Below, one piece after another: positions 7,905 to 15,812 of a stretch of 38,756 bases of DNA (position 1 is its first letter; each line of letters opens with the position of its first letter). Source of the stretch: an uncultured Methanosarcinales archaeon (lineage in GTDB: Archaea > Nanobdellota > Nanobdellia > Woesearchaeales > GW2011-AR9); assembly GCA_964405725.1 (NCBI GenBank), contig CAYOOY010000003.1, forward strand, positions 1-38,756. The letters are read 5' to 3'. Both the position numbers and the translations under genes were made by a program. A model generated the notes under the pieces. The model ran no database searches. It had not been told where the DNA came from and was given only the letters and a program-made list of their open reading frames with translations.

Positions 7905-8471
7905 TTAATGATTTCTATACCAGGAACCAAACTTTACTTTTGTTCTATTACGAGAAAGAGTACAAGTATAATCAAGTAACCCAGGTAATACCTTTTCTTC
8001 TAATAATCTACATTGTTTAGAGTCATCAAAAAATGATTTGCACGGAATTTGTTTAACTGTGTCGCCATTTTTTTGAACCAAAATGTAAATACTTGGTTTA
8101 GAATCTCGATCCGCATTTGGAAATACAAATGATATGGGTCTTATTGTAGGTGCACGTTTATATGAAATTGCCAAAGAATGCGAATACGTACGCCCGTTGT
8201 GTTGATATACGCATTTTGGATGGCGAACATCTCTTGCTTCAAGAGTTATGTGGCCAGTTGCGTGAATAGATGAACTAATTTGATATACCGGGCATGGACC
8301 AGCTAATCTTTGTTTTCCACTAACATATGTAAAATTATATGTCCACCATGATTTGCCAAATTGATCTAAAGGTTCACACGAAACAATATCAGGTTTTTCA
8401 ATCACTGGTTTTGGTTGTGGTACACTACACGAAATCAATAAAGCAGCAAGGCCCGTAAGAATGTTTCTCAT
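7905..8471 (-). CDS. Hypothetical lipobox-containing, Cys-rich secreted protein
   Basis: 188 aa. MRNILTGLAALLISCSVPQ signal plus lipobox. No family recognised. Confidence 0.55.
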   Translation of the reverse strand: MRNILTGLAALLISCSVPQPKPVIEKPDIVSCEPLDQFGKSWWTYNFTYVSGKQRLAGPCPVYQISSSIHATGHITLEARDVRHPKCVYQHNGRTYSHSLAISYKRAPTIRPISFVFPNADRDSKPSIYILVQKNGDTVKQIPCKSFFDDSKQCRLLEEKVLPGLLDYTCTLSRNRTKVKFGSWYRNH

Positions 8472-8509
8472 ACTATTTCACAAAATGTTTTAGTTAAAAA
8501 GGTTGTGAC

Positions 8510-9568
8510 TTATTGCTTCGTATACACCGTTCTTGTAGGAAATGGAATGTTAATATTTGCTTTGCCTAGTGCATTATAAATTTGTTCAGTGGCCTCTATC
8601 TTATGAGAAAATGCTTCATTCCAATTCTCAACCCAAAATGATGCCTTAAATTGCAAAGCTGAGTCTCCCATTTCAAAAAATATTACTGAAGGTTCAGGAT
8701 CTTTCATAACACCTTTCATTTTACGTATTGCCTCAAGAACAACTTTACGCACTTGTGCTACATCAGAGCCATATTCAACCCCAAACAAAACAGATGTACG
8801 TACTTTTGGTGAAGGGCGGGTATAATTCTGTACACGAGAATTTGCTAAGTACCCATTAGGGATATAGATTATTTCGTTATCAAATGTAATTAATTTTGTT
8901 GAGCGAAGACCAATATCATGAATAGTACCTACTTCACCAGATTCTAATTTTATTTTATCGCCCTTTTGAAAGGTCTTATCTAAAATTAATGTAACTCCAC
9001 CAAAGATATTTTTTAATGAATCTTGAAGGGCCATACCAAGTACCAATCCACTAACGCCAACTCCAGCTAAATATGGAGTAATATCAACACCCCAAATATC
9101 AAGTATCCACATTCCTGCAACTATAACAGCTATGACTTTGCTTGATTTATAGACCATAGGAAGCAATACTTCATCAATATTTGTTTTTGTTTTTTTAGCA
9201 AATTCATGTCCCCAACTTTCTAAAAAGGCATCTAATGTCCTAGAAATAATTAATATGAACACAATAGCAAGAGCCGTATGCACAATGTTACTTACAGTAC
9301 TTCCACTCCAAATTTGTTGCAATGCTAACTTTACTCCATACAATAAAACCAAATAAAAAATAGGTCCTTTGGTATATTCCATAAGTAAATCATCAAATTT
9401 TGTTTTTGTTTTTTTAGCAATACTATCAAGATACTTCTTAAAAATAAATAAAACTAATTTAGCTAAAATTGCAAATACAACAATTATGGCTAACGCCAAT
9501 AAATATTTATTTGTCAACTTAGCAAAAGCAAGTCCTTGTTGAACATACGCCAAAATTTGTGCTTCCAT
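8510..9568 (-). CDS. Small-conductance mechanosensitive channel (MscS family)
   Basis: 352 aa. N-terminal TM helices followed by an MscS beta-domain signature: GDKIKLESGEVGTIHDIGLRSTKLITFDNEIIYIPNGYLANSRVQNYT. Confidence 0.85.
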   Translation of the reverse strand: MEAQILAYVQQGLAFAKLTNKYLLALAIIVVFAILAKLVLFIFKKYLDSIAKKTKTKFDDLLMEYTKGPIFYLVLLYGVKLALQQIWSGSTVSNIVHTALAIVFILIISRTLDAFLESWGHEFAKKTKTNIDEVLLPMVYKSSKVIAVIVAGMWILDIWGVDITPYLAGVGVSGLVLGMALQDSLKNIFGGVTLILDKTFQKGDKIKLESGEVGTIHDIGLRSTKLITFDNEIIYIPNGYLANSRVQNYTRPSPKVRTSVLFGVEYGSDVAQVRKVVLEAIRKMKGVMKDPEPSVIFFEMGDSALQFKASFWVENWNEAFSHKIEATEQIYNALGKANINIPFPTRTVYTKQ

Positions 9569-10800
9569 TATGATGCCTGCGGAAAGAGTTTCTTAATCAT
9601 AAATACACGAATCGAACTAAGTAAGATCGTTCCCGTAATTACCATGAAGACGACTTTTACGATAAACTCAGCTTGAGGAACTCCTGCCTCAAGTGCAAGT
9701 TGCGCAATTGCCGCCGCCGCTAATCCTCGTGCAAATATTGCATTTATTAACTTTTTCTGGTCTGCAGGATACTTTCCAACAACCACAAAGGAACTCATTC
9801 GTGAGAAGAGTATTATAACTGAGAGAATTGCCCCAACAATAATTGCCTTGATATCTGAAAAATCAAGTAACAACCCTATGTATACAAAAAATAATACTTT
9901 AAGAAAAAATGAAATCTGATGATAAAAATACTGCTCACTATGGGTTGTTACATTAACACCGCCCTTTGCTTTTGCCTTACGTCCCTTTTTCTTTTTAGAC
10001 GTACGACTAACAATTCCTTCCAATATTGCTGTAAGTTGTTTAGAATTCTTAAGCATCAAACCGAAGAATAATGTTGCAATTGCACCATTTCCACCCAAAA
10101 ATTCAGTTAAGACGTATAAAAAAATAAGGTATGCAATTACCATAATATAATTATGTTCTTTGAATACTTTTATTGATAGAACAATCCACAATACCCCTGC
10201 TAAAACTCCAATTAAACCAGCAATTGCAAATAATGAAACTAATTGTGTTGCAACCGCTTTTGCAGCAATGTTACCAAACTCCATTATTTCCATAATTGTT
10301 AATGAAAATACAATACAAAAGACATCAGTTAATGCAGATTCAAGTGCAAGCAATGAATATAATTTTTTAGGGATATTCATTTGACCAAGAACTGGAATTA
10401 CAAACGCTGATGAAACTCCTCCTAGGATAAAACCAACAAGAAGAGCAAGCATCCATGGAAACCCAACAAATAACATTACAACCATTATAAGAATAGATGA
10501 GACAAAAAAACTAAACGAAGTTAAAAAAAAACTATGGGAAAATTCTTTGACTAACGATGTTAAATCAATGTTAAATGCACCATCAAAGAGCAAAAACAGA
10601 AGCGTAAACGTTGTAAACACTGGCGCTAAAGTTTGAAGAGTTGCTGGATCTACATACTTAATACCAAATGGACCAAGAGCAAATCCAAAAACAATCAAAA
10701 AGACAACATCAGGAATACCAAACTTGCGAAATAAAAATTCTGCAAAGAACCCAAAAAATAAAATGATACTAATAACCAGCAAAATAAGTATAACATCCAT
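9568..10800 (-). CDS. Cation:proton antiporter (NhaP/CPA1-like Na+/H+ exchanger)
   Basis: 410 aa and polytopic. ALESALTDVF resembles the ESxxND segment of CPA1. An interrupting basic loop KKKKGRKAKAKGG is present. Its stop overlaps the MscS start by 1 nt. Confidence 0.75.
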   Translation of the reverse strand: MDVILILLVISIILFFGFFAEFLFRKFGIPDVVFLIVFGFALGPFGIKYVDPATLQTLAPVFTTFTLLFLLFDGAFNIDLTSLVKEFSHSFFLTSFSFFVSSILIMVVMLFVGFPWMLALLVGFILGGVSSAFVIPVLGQMNIPKKLYSLLALESALTDVFCIVFSLTIMEIMEFGNIAAKAVATQLVSLFAIAGLIGVLAGVLWIVLSIKVFKEHNYIMVIAYLIFLYVLTEFLGGNGAIATLFFGLMLKNSKQLTAILEGIVSRTSKKKKGRKAKAKGGVNVTTHSEQYFYHQISFFLKVLFFVYIGLLLDFSDIKAIIVGAILSVIILFSRMSSFVVVGKYPADQKKLINAIFARGLAAAAIAQLALEAGVPQAEFIVKVVFMVITGTILLSSIRVFMIKKLFPQAS

Positions 10801-10932
10801 CGTAATTAGAACAGTAATACTTGTTTAAATATCTTGCGTTTCTATCCAGCTACATGTAATAGACCAGGCAAGTCATCATGAGATCCTTGAACATACCTAA
10901 ATTGAATAAGATCTTGATAATACTTCTCAAAA

Positions 10933-11211
10933 TTACGCATCTTCACTCTCTTCTCCAACACCACTACTTGGTACAGCATTTCGCGAAATGATAATGATAT
11001 CTCCACACGCTTTGACAAGCTGATGAGGAACAATTACACCCTTAGCACTCCCAAGAACTCTACTTAGAAAAGAATTTTTTGTCGATTTAATTTTCCAGCC
11101 AGAAATTTTATTTCCCTGAACTATACTATCCTCAACATCACCAAAATAATCACCAGAATCTGTAAACACCTTTAAATCGTACGTATCCGAAACTCGTTTC
11201 ATCTTAAGCAT
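10933..11211 (-). CDS. PRC-barrel domain protein
   Basis: 92 aa. The pattern DLKVFTDSGDYFGDVEDSIVQGNKISGWKI...VIVPHQLVKACGDIIIIS is typical of short archaeal PRC-barrel proteins. Confidence 0.6.
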   Translation of the reverse strand: MLKMKRVSDTYDLKVFTDSGDYFGDVEDSIVQGNKISGWKIKSTKNSFLSRVLGSAKGVIVPHQLVKACGDIIIISRNAVPSSGVGEESEDA

Positions 11212-11316
11212 AAGACCACCTCACACAATAAACAAAACAAATTCTATTTAAATACTTTTCTGTCTTGGAAAGCTTCTTACGAAATACTTAAAACCAGCCA
11301 ATACTCCTATAATGAA

Positions 11317-12003
11317 ATGAACCTCACAATCATTGGAACCTCGCATATTGCAAAGCAGAGTATCAAAGAGATTCAAACACACATTAAAGCCAATATGCCT
11401 GATATCATAGCTGTAGAGTTAGATGTTGGAAGAGCAAAATCCCTATTTGAACAAAAAAAATCATCACTTTCTCTTTCATTAATCCCCATAATTGGGCTAA
11501 AAGGATTCTTATTTGCAGCAATTGGTAAAATTGTGCAGCAAAAATTGGGCAATGCCGTTGGCGTCTCGCCCGGTGAAGACATGAAAACAGCAATAATAGA
11601 AGCTAAAAAACATAAATTGAAAATAGCATTAATTGATCAGCCGATTCAAATAACATTACGTAATTTCTCAAAAGCTCTTACTTGGAAAGAGAGATTTCGC
11701 TTTCTAGGAGATATAATTACAGGCATATTCACAAAAAATAAAGGATTAAAGAAATATGGTCTAGATAACTTTGATTTACGTAAAGTTCCTGCAGATAAAG
11801 CAATCAAAACTATGATGAAATACTTAGAAGACCGATACCCATCTATTTACAAGGTTCTTGTTGCAGATCGAAATCGCTATATGGTACGTCAATTAGTTGG
11901 ACTCATGTGTAAACATCCAGATAAAAAGATTCTTGCCGTTGTTGGCGCAGGCCATAAGAGTGGCATGGAGAAATTGTTACTGAAGATTGATGTTGTTAGA
12001 TAA
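11317..12003 (+). CDS. TraB/PrgY family protein
   Basis: 228 aa. IIGTSHIAKQS, AVELDVGR and VVGAGHKSGM are the TraB-family hallmarks (GTSH, ELD..R, GAGH). Confidence 0.75.
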   Translation: MNLTIIGTSHIAKQSIKEIQTHIKANMPDIIAVELDVGRAKSLFEQKKSSLSLSLIPIIGLKGFLFAAIGKIVQQKLGNAVGVSPGEDMKTAIIEAKKHKLKIALIDQPIQITLRNFSKALTWKERFRFLGDIITGIFTKNKGLKKYGLDNFDLRKVPADKAIKTMMKYLEDRYPSIYKVLVADRNRYMVRQLVGLMCKHPDKKILAVVGAGHKSGMEKLLLKIDVVR

Positions 12004-12023
12004 CTCCAATTCTCACCCAAAAT

Positions 12024-12035
12024 CCTTATAAAAAA
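12024..12035 (+). promoter_or_regulatory. Candidate TATA box (ccttataaaaaa) for the RNase P RNA gene
   Basis: Centred about 26 nt upstream of the predicted mature 5' end at 12055. Confidence 0.5.
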
Positions 12036-12054
12036 CACAGTAAATTACCTAATT

Positions 12055-12417
12055 GGTAGCAGTGGCAGGAAGCTGACGGTAACATATGTTGCTGTGGAAA
12101 GTCCGCCCACCGTGAAAGACCACTTGCAAAAGAGGGGGAAATCCCCTGGCTCTGGCTCAGAGACGACACGTCCTATGGATTATGGAATGACACATCATGA
12201 CATATGAAGCTTAAATGCCTCGTTTGTAACATGTCGACGTCTCCATAGGGATCGATGAAACGGCGAAACCTGGTTGGTGCAAGTCGTAGACGCTTAGTAG
12301 AATGCTTCCGTGGGTTGCTCGACACTCAAAAGGAATCCTCCTTTTGGTGCCACAAATAAACTTTTGTTTATTTGTTGGTTACGAAACCCAACAGAAGGCG
12401 GCTTACGTCACTCTACC
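12055..12417 (+). ncRNA. rnpB: RNase P RNA (archaeal, type-A-like)
   Basis: A non-coding island with GC content far above its surroundings. It contains the universally conserved CR-I-like GGAAAGTCCGCCCAC and CR-V-like ACAGAAGGCGGCTTAC. The ends can pair as P1 (GGTAGCAGTG... / ...GTCACTCTACC). It is followed by a T6 tract. The ends are approximate, within about 5 nt. Confidence 0.85.
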
Positions 12418-12421
12418 AAAC

Positions 12422-12427
12422 TTTTTT
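12422..12427 (+). terminator. Oligo-T tract (T6) immediately 3' of the RNase P RNA
   Basis: cTTTTTTaaa lies directly after the P1 3' strand. Archaeal RNA polymerase terminates at T-tracts. The tract overlaps the TATA-like ttttttaaatac about 25 nt upstream of the secG ATG. Confidence 0.5.
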
Positions 12428-12452
12428 AAATACAGCACACTAACAAACAAAA

Positions 12453-12614
12453 ATGGCAAAAGATAACAAAGTTCGCATGCCAATGGGTCAAGGTGGACTC
12501 ATTCGGTCATTTGATGAAAAAACATCTAACTTCGAAATTTCTCCAGGAGGAATTATCGTAATGTGTATGGCGGTAATGGCAATTGTAATAGTTCTCCATT
12601 TCGTAGGTGCATAA
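12453..12614 (+). CDS. secG: Preprotein translocase subunit Sec61beta (archaeal SecG)
   Basis: Absent from the ORF track because it is under 60 aa. Manual translation gives MAKDNKVRMPMGQGGLIRSFDEKTSNFEISPGGIIVMCMAVMAIVIVLHFVGA (53 aa). The GLIRxFDE motif plus a single C-terminal TM is typical of archaeal Sec61beta. Confidence 0.75.
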   Translation: MAKDNKVRMPMGQGGLIRSFDEKTSNFEISPGGIIVMCMAVMAIVIVLHFVGA

Positions 12615-12615
12615 G

Positions 12616-12954
12616 ATGTTTCCAGGTATGAATCCTCGTCAATTGCAAAAAGCAATGAAACAAATGGGTATCAAGCAAGAAGATATCGACGCTACGCAAG
12701 TTATAATCACAACTGCCACTTCTAAAATTATTATCGATAACCCAAGTGTTGCTAAAGTAAATGCTATGGGCCAGGAATCATTTCAAATATCTGGATCGAT
12801 TCGTGAAGAAGCGTTATCAACAACTCCGGATATATCAAAAGAAGATGTTGAAACCGTCATGAATCAAGCAAACGTTGATGAAGAAACGGCAACAAAAGCA
12901 ATCGAAGAAGCTAAGGGTGATTTAGCTCAAGCAATTCTTTCCCTTCATGAATAG
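12616..12954 (+). CDS. nac: Nascent polypeptide-associated complex protein (NAC domain plus C-terminal UBA)
   Basis: MFPGMNPRQLQKAMKQMGIKQEDIDATQVII...FQISG, then a UBA-like EDVETVMNQANVDEETATKAIEEAKGDLAQAIL. ATG 12616 is preferred over the GTG at 12607 because an AGGTG Shine-Dalgarno-like motif precedes it. Confidence 0.85.
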   Translation: MFPGMNPRQLQKAMKQMGIKQEDIDATQVIITTATSKIIIDNPSVAKVNAMGQESFQISGSIREEALSTTPDISKEDVETVMNQANVDEETATKAIEEAKGDLAQAILSLHE

Positions 12955-13354
12955 TGCAATACGCCAATATCAAGCAGCACGGCATATTCTTACCGTTACC
13001 TACCCTGCTGTAAAGGAACCTAAATTATTAGTAGCTGTTCTTTCAAGCATTTATGGAAGTCTCATTGATGCAACAGAAGCAAAAATACAAGAAGTGCCTA
13101 AATCATTGAAAGAATTACTCCCTCATATCTCACCTGAGCACCACAGCGTAGTATGTCAGATTGAGCAACTCGTAAAAGCACATAAAGAAAGTCCAGTGAC
13201 ATTTCCAAGATCCGATAAATTTGTCATATGCAGCAACAAATTCGACATGCAATATATAACAATTCCAGACTTACACAAATTCTTAGAAATAAATGCACAA
13301 ATACTCTCAAAACTAAATACTGTAAATTCATCCCATTTAAATAGAAAAGAATAA
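12947..13354 (+). CDS. Hypothetical helical protein
   Basis: 135-aa ORF that overlaps the nac stop by 8 nt, so it is probably co-transcribed. No family recognised. Confidence 0.5.
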   Translation: MNSAIRQYQAARHILTVTYPAVKEPKLLVAVLSSIYGSLIDATEAKIQEVPKSLKELLPHISPEHHSVVCQIEQLVKAHKESPVTFPRSDKFVICSNKFDMQYITIPDLHKFLEINAQILSKLNTVNSSHLNRKE

Positions 13355-13383
13355 AAAGACTAGCCCACTCCTAAGTACCCCGC

Positions 13384-13860
13384 ATGAATGATTACTTAAT
13401 TGAGGCACGTGAAGAACTAAAACGTCTAGAACATATTATCTATGTTAGTTTGAAGTATACACGAACAGTTGACGTTATTCTAAATGCACTGAATCGTTGC
13501 GTGAGCACATTTGACCTAACTATTGAAGGCTATTTACAAAAAGCAGTAGAAGAAGGTAAAATGAGTTCAATCCCAAAAAGCCCTGCTTTGTGTGCTCGCA
13601 GATTGCAGGAGCTCTATCCGGATGACGAAAAACTTCATCATTATCTAAAATATTATCATTTTCTTAAAACAATTCTCAAAAAGCCCCATGTTCGCAGGCA
13701 AGAATTTAGGCGTCATGTAACATTAATTGTGGAACTTGACAAACATACAGCTGAGATTTGCATTGATAACTTGGGAAATGCAGAACGATTTCTACATCAA
13801 TTTTTCAGATATGCGTGGGAAACACTTGTCGGCAAAATCGAAGAAGACGAATATGCATAA
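13384..13860 (+). CDS. Hypothetical helical protein
   Basis: 158-aa ORF with a TATA-like aataaaaag about 28 nt upstream. No family recognised. Confidence 0.5.
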   Translation: MNDYLIEAREELKRLEHIIYVSLKYTRTVDVILNALNRCVSTFDLTIEGYLQKAVEEGKMSSIPKSPALCARRLQELYPDDEKLHHYLKYYHFLKTILKKPHVRRQEFRRHVTLIVELDKHTAEICIDNLGNAERFLHQFFRYAWETLVGKIEEDEYA

Positions 13861-13880
13861 GCATCAATAACAACAAAAAG

Positions 13881-13888
13881 ATTATATA
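13881..13888 (+). promoter_or_regulatory. Candidate TATA box (attatata) about 25 nt upstream of the minD ATG
   Basis: Sequence and spacing were read directly. Consistent with a leaderless transcript. Confidence 0.4.
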
Positions 13889-13909
13889 CCCGCACATTCT
13901 ACCAAATCT

Positions 13910-14632
13910 ATGACAAAATTTGTCGCCTGTGTATCAGGAAAAGGAGGTGTAGGAAAAACAACAACGGCGCTTAACGTTGGTCAAGCTCTTGCTTCGCTTG
14001 ATAAACAAGTAGTGGTGCTTGATGCTAACTTAGTAACCCCAAATATCGCTCTTAATTTAGGATATGTTAATCCTGAAGGCACTTTGAATAAATTTCTTCG
14101 TAAAGAAAAATCATTAAAAGAAATTATGTATCTTCACCCAAGTGGCATTTCTGTAATTCCTGCTTCACCTTCATATGCAGAATTTCAAAATACAAACCCA
14201 CAAAAGATAAGTAAAATATTTGAACATTTAGACAATGTAGCAGATTACGTTATAGTTGATTCACCTTCTGGTTTAGGATATGAAGTAAGTGAAATTTTAA
14301 GACACTGTGATGAGATACTTGTGGTTATTAATCCACAATTAAGTTCAGTAATGGATGCACTTAAAACAATAAGGCTGGCACAAACACATGGAGCAACAGT
14401 TTCAGGTATAGTTCTAAACAAAACATCGTATCTCAAAAAATATGAAATGAAAGCCGAAGAAATTGAAGAAATATTAGGTCACCAAATAATAGCCCAAATT
14501 AGAGATAATAGAAAAATGAAGAAAGCTGCACATCATAAGATGCCAGTACATCATCTTTATCCACAATCACATTCAGCCAAGCAATTTAAAAACATTGCTC
14601 GTTATGTAAGTCATGAAGATGGACACAACTAA
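13910..14632 (+). CDS. minD: MinD/ParA-family P-loop ATPase (archaeal MinD-like)
   Basis: 240 aa. Deviant Walker A SGKGGVGKTTTALN, plus VVLDANL and IVDSPSG motifs. Confidence 0.85.
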   Translation: MTKFVACVSGKGGVGKTTTALNVGQALASLDKQVVVLDANLVTPNIALNLGYVNPEGTLNKFLRKEKSLKEIMYLHPSGISVIPASPSYAEFQNTNPQKISKIFEHLDNVADYVIVDSPSGLGYEVSEILRHCDEILVVINPQLSSVMDALKTIRLAQTHGATVSGIVLNKTSYLKKYEMKAEEIEEILGHQIIAQIRDNRKMKKAAHHKMPVHHLYPQSHSAKQFKNIARYVSHEDGHN

Positions 14633-15113
14633 ATTACAACAAAAGGGATGGGACGATAAGGAAATAAAGCAAGCAGAAGCTATTCTCAAACAAAGTACAC
14701 ATCACGATAAATTTTTTGCAAAAATAATTTTGTGGAGTGCTCTTCTTGTAATTGTTGTAGGAAACATATTGGTATCTGTCGTATTTATTCCTTTTATTCA
14801 ATTCTTTCCAAGTTGGGTCCTATACACTCTTTTAGTATTATTAGGATTAACAATCGGATTTCTATATAATTTTCTTATTACAGATATTGGACATCTTGAA
14901 AGTAAACACCACATTGCAGCAAGTGTTGTTGTACCAATTGCTGCGTTTATTAATTTTGGATTAGTATTTTTTGCAATTACACAACTATATGAAAAAACAG
15001 CACATAACCCAATACTTATCGCGATATCATATACTGTGGCTTTTATTCTACCAATGATTGGACGAGCAATCTATATTAAGAGCCATACCCAATCAGTATC
15101 ACGCCAAAAATAA
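14613..15113 (+). CDS. Hypothetical membrane protein (about 4 TM)
   Basis: 166-aa ORF that overlaps the minD 3' end by 20 nt. It has hydrophobic helices after a short soluble N-terminus. No family recognised. Confidence 0.5.
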   Translation: MKMDTTKLQQKGWDDKEIKQAEAILKQSTHHDKFFAKIILWSALLVIVVGNILVSVVFIPFIQFFPSWVLYTLLVLLGLTIGFLYNFLITDIGHLESKHHIAASVVVPIAAFINFGLVFFAITQLYEKTAHNPILIAISYTVAFILPMIGRAIYIKSHTQSVSRQK

Positions 15114-15420
15114 TTCCAATTACACCATACCATTTCCAAATATTCATTTTTTCTCCCAAATATTTTACTGAAAGAAGTGATGTCCATAAATACACGGTCG
15201 AAACAAAAGGATAAATTACACTTAAACTCTCATTACGTAATGCAACAATATAAAACACTGTACTTAGAGCATATAATCCAAAACCAAACCACATAAACGA
15301 AGGTTTAAGTAAACCTAAAATCCCATATTTCTTATTAGATTCTTTTTTTACAATAAGTGCAGCAACTGAACCAATAAATGCACCAAATACAACTAACCCA
15401 ATGGAAATTAATGAAACCAT
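15076..15420 (-). CDS. Small DMT/EamA-type (SMR-like, 4-TM) transporter subunit
   Basis: 114 aa with four hydrophobic helices. Ends in EKMNIWKWYGVIGIIFGVILIG, paralleling its upstream partner. Confidence 0.6.
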   Translation of the reverse strand: MVSLISIGLVVFGAFIGSVAALIVKKESNKKYGILGLLKPSFMWFGFGLYALSTVFYIVALRNESLSVIYPFVSTVYLWTSLLSVKYLGEKMNIWKWYGVIGIIFGVILIGYGS

Positions 15421-15794
15421 TATGCAGCAACCCCACTTTTAGAAGTACCAAACCCAATCACACTTACTGATAATATGATAATAGTAACACCTGACCATTT
15501 CCAGATATTCATCACATCCCCAAACAAAAACATTGAGAGTAAACTGACCCACACGTAACTGGTTGCAATTATTGGATATAATACAGATAATTCTCCAAAA
15601 CGAAATGCCTTAATCATTAAAAGTGCGCCTAACCTATACGAAACAAATCCTAAAATAAAAGGAATATTCAAAAATGTGAGTGGTATTGAAAAATCAATAG
15701 ATTGCAATCCATATTTCCACAACACTTGCCCAAGAGAAGTAAAAACTGTGCATATAACCATAAGTAATATTGCGTAATGCTGTTTTTTTATCAT
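15420..15794 (-). CDS. Small DMT/EamA-type (SMR-like, 4-TM) transporter subunit
   Basis: 124 aa. Contains SLGQVLWKYGL and GDVMNIWKWSGVTIIILSVSVIG, so it is a paralog of 15076..15420. The two genes overlap by 1 nt. Confidence 0.6.
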   Translation of the reverse strand: MIKKQHYAILLMVICTVFTSLGQVLWKYGLQSIDFSIPLTFLNIPFILGFVSYRLGALLMIKAFRFGELSVLYPIIATSYVWVSLLSMFLFGDVMNIWKWSGVTIIILSVSVIGFGTSKSGVAA

Positions 15795-15812
15795 TTCTTT
15801 TTAACTTCTTTT

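Noticed and set aside
9180-9420. Near-identical ~30-nt direct repeat (tcatcaa[t/a]at[t]tgtttttgtttttttagcaa) at ~9171-9202 and ~9390-9420
   Set aside because: Both copies lie inside the MscS gene and encode a duplicated peptide motif (AKKTKTKFDDLL and AKKTKTNIDEVLL) that precedes successive TM helices. This is an intragenic motif duplication, not a mobile or regulatory repeat.
10842-11033. 63-aa minus-strand ORF overlapping the 3' end of the PRC-barrel gene
   Set aside because: It overlaps a better-supported gene in another frame and has no recognisable features. The region 10801-10932 is better explained as a 3' UTR or spacer.
12055-12417. GC-rich island considered as SRP RNA, an rRNA fragment or an intron-containing tRNA
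   Set aside because: The CR-I (GGAAAGTCCGCCC) and CR-V (ACAGAAGGCGGCTTA) signatures and the ~360-nt length identify RNase P RNA. No tRNA cloverleaf or SRP Alu/S-domain motifs were seen.
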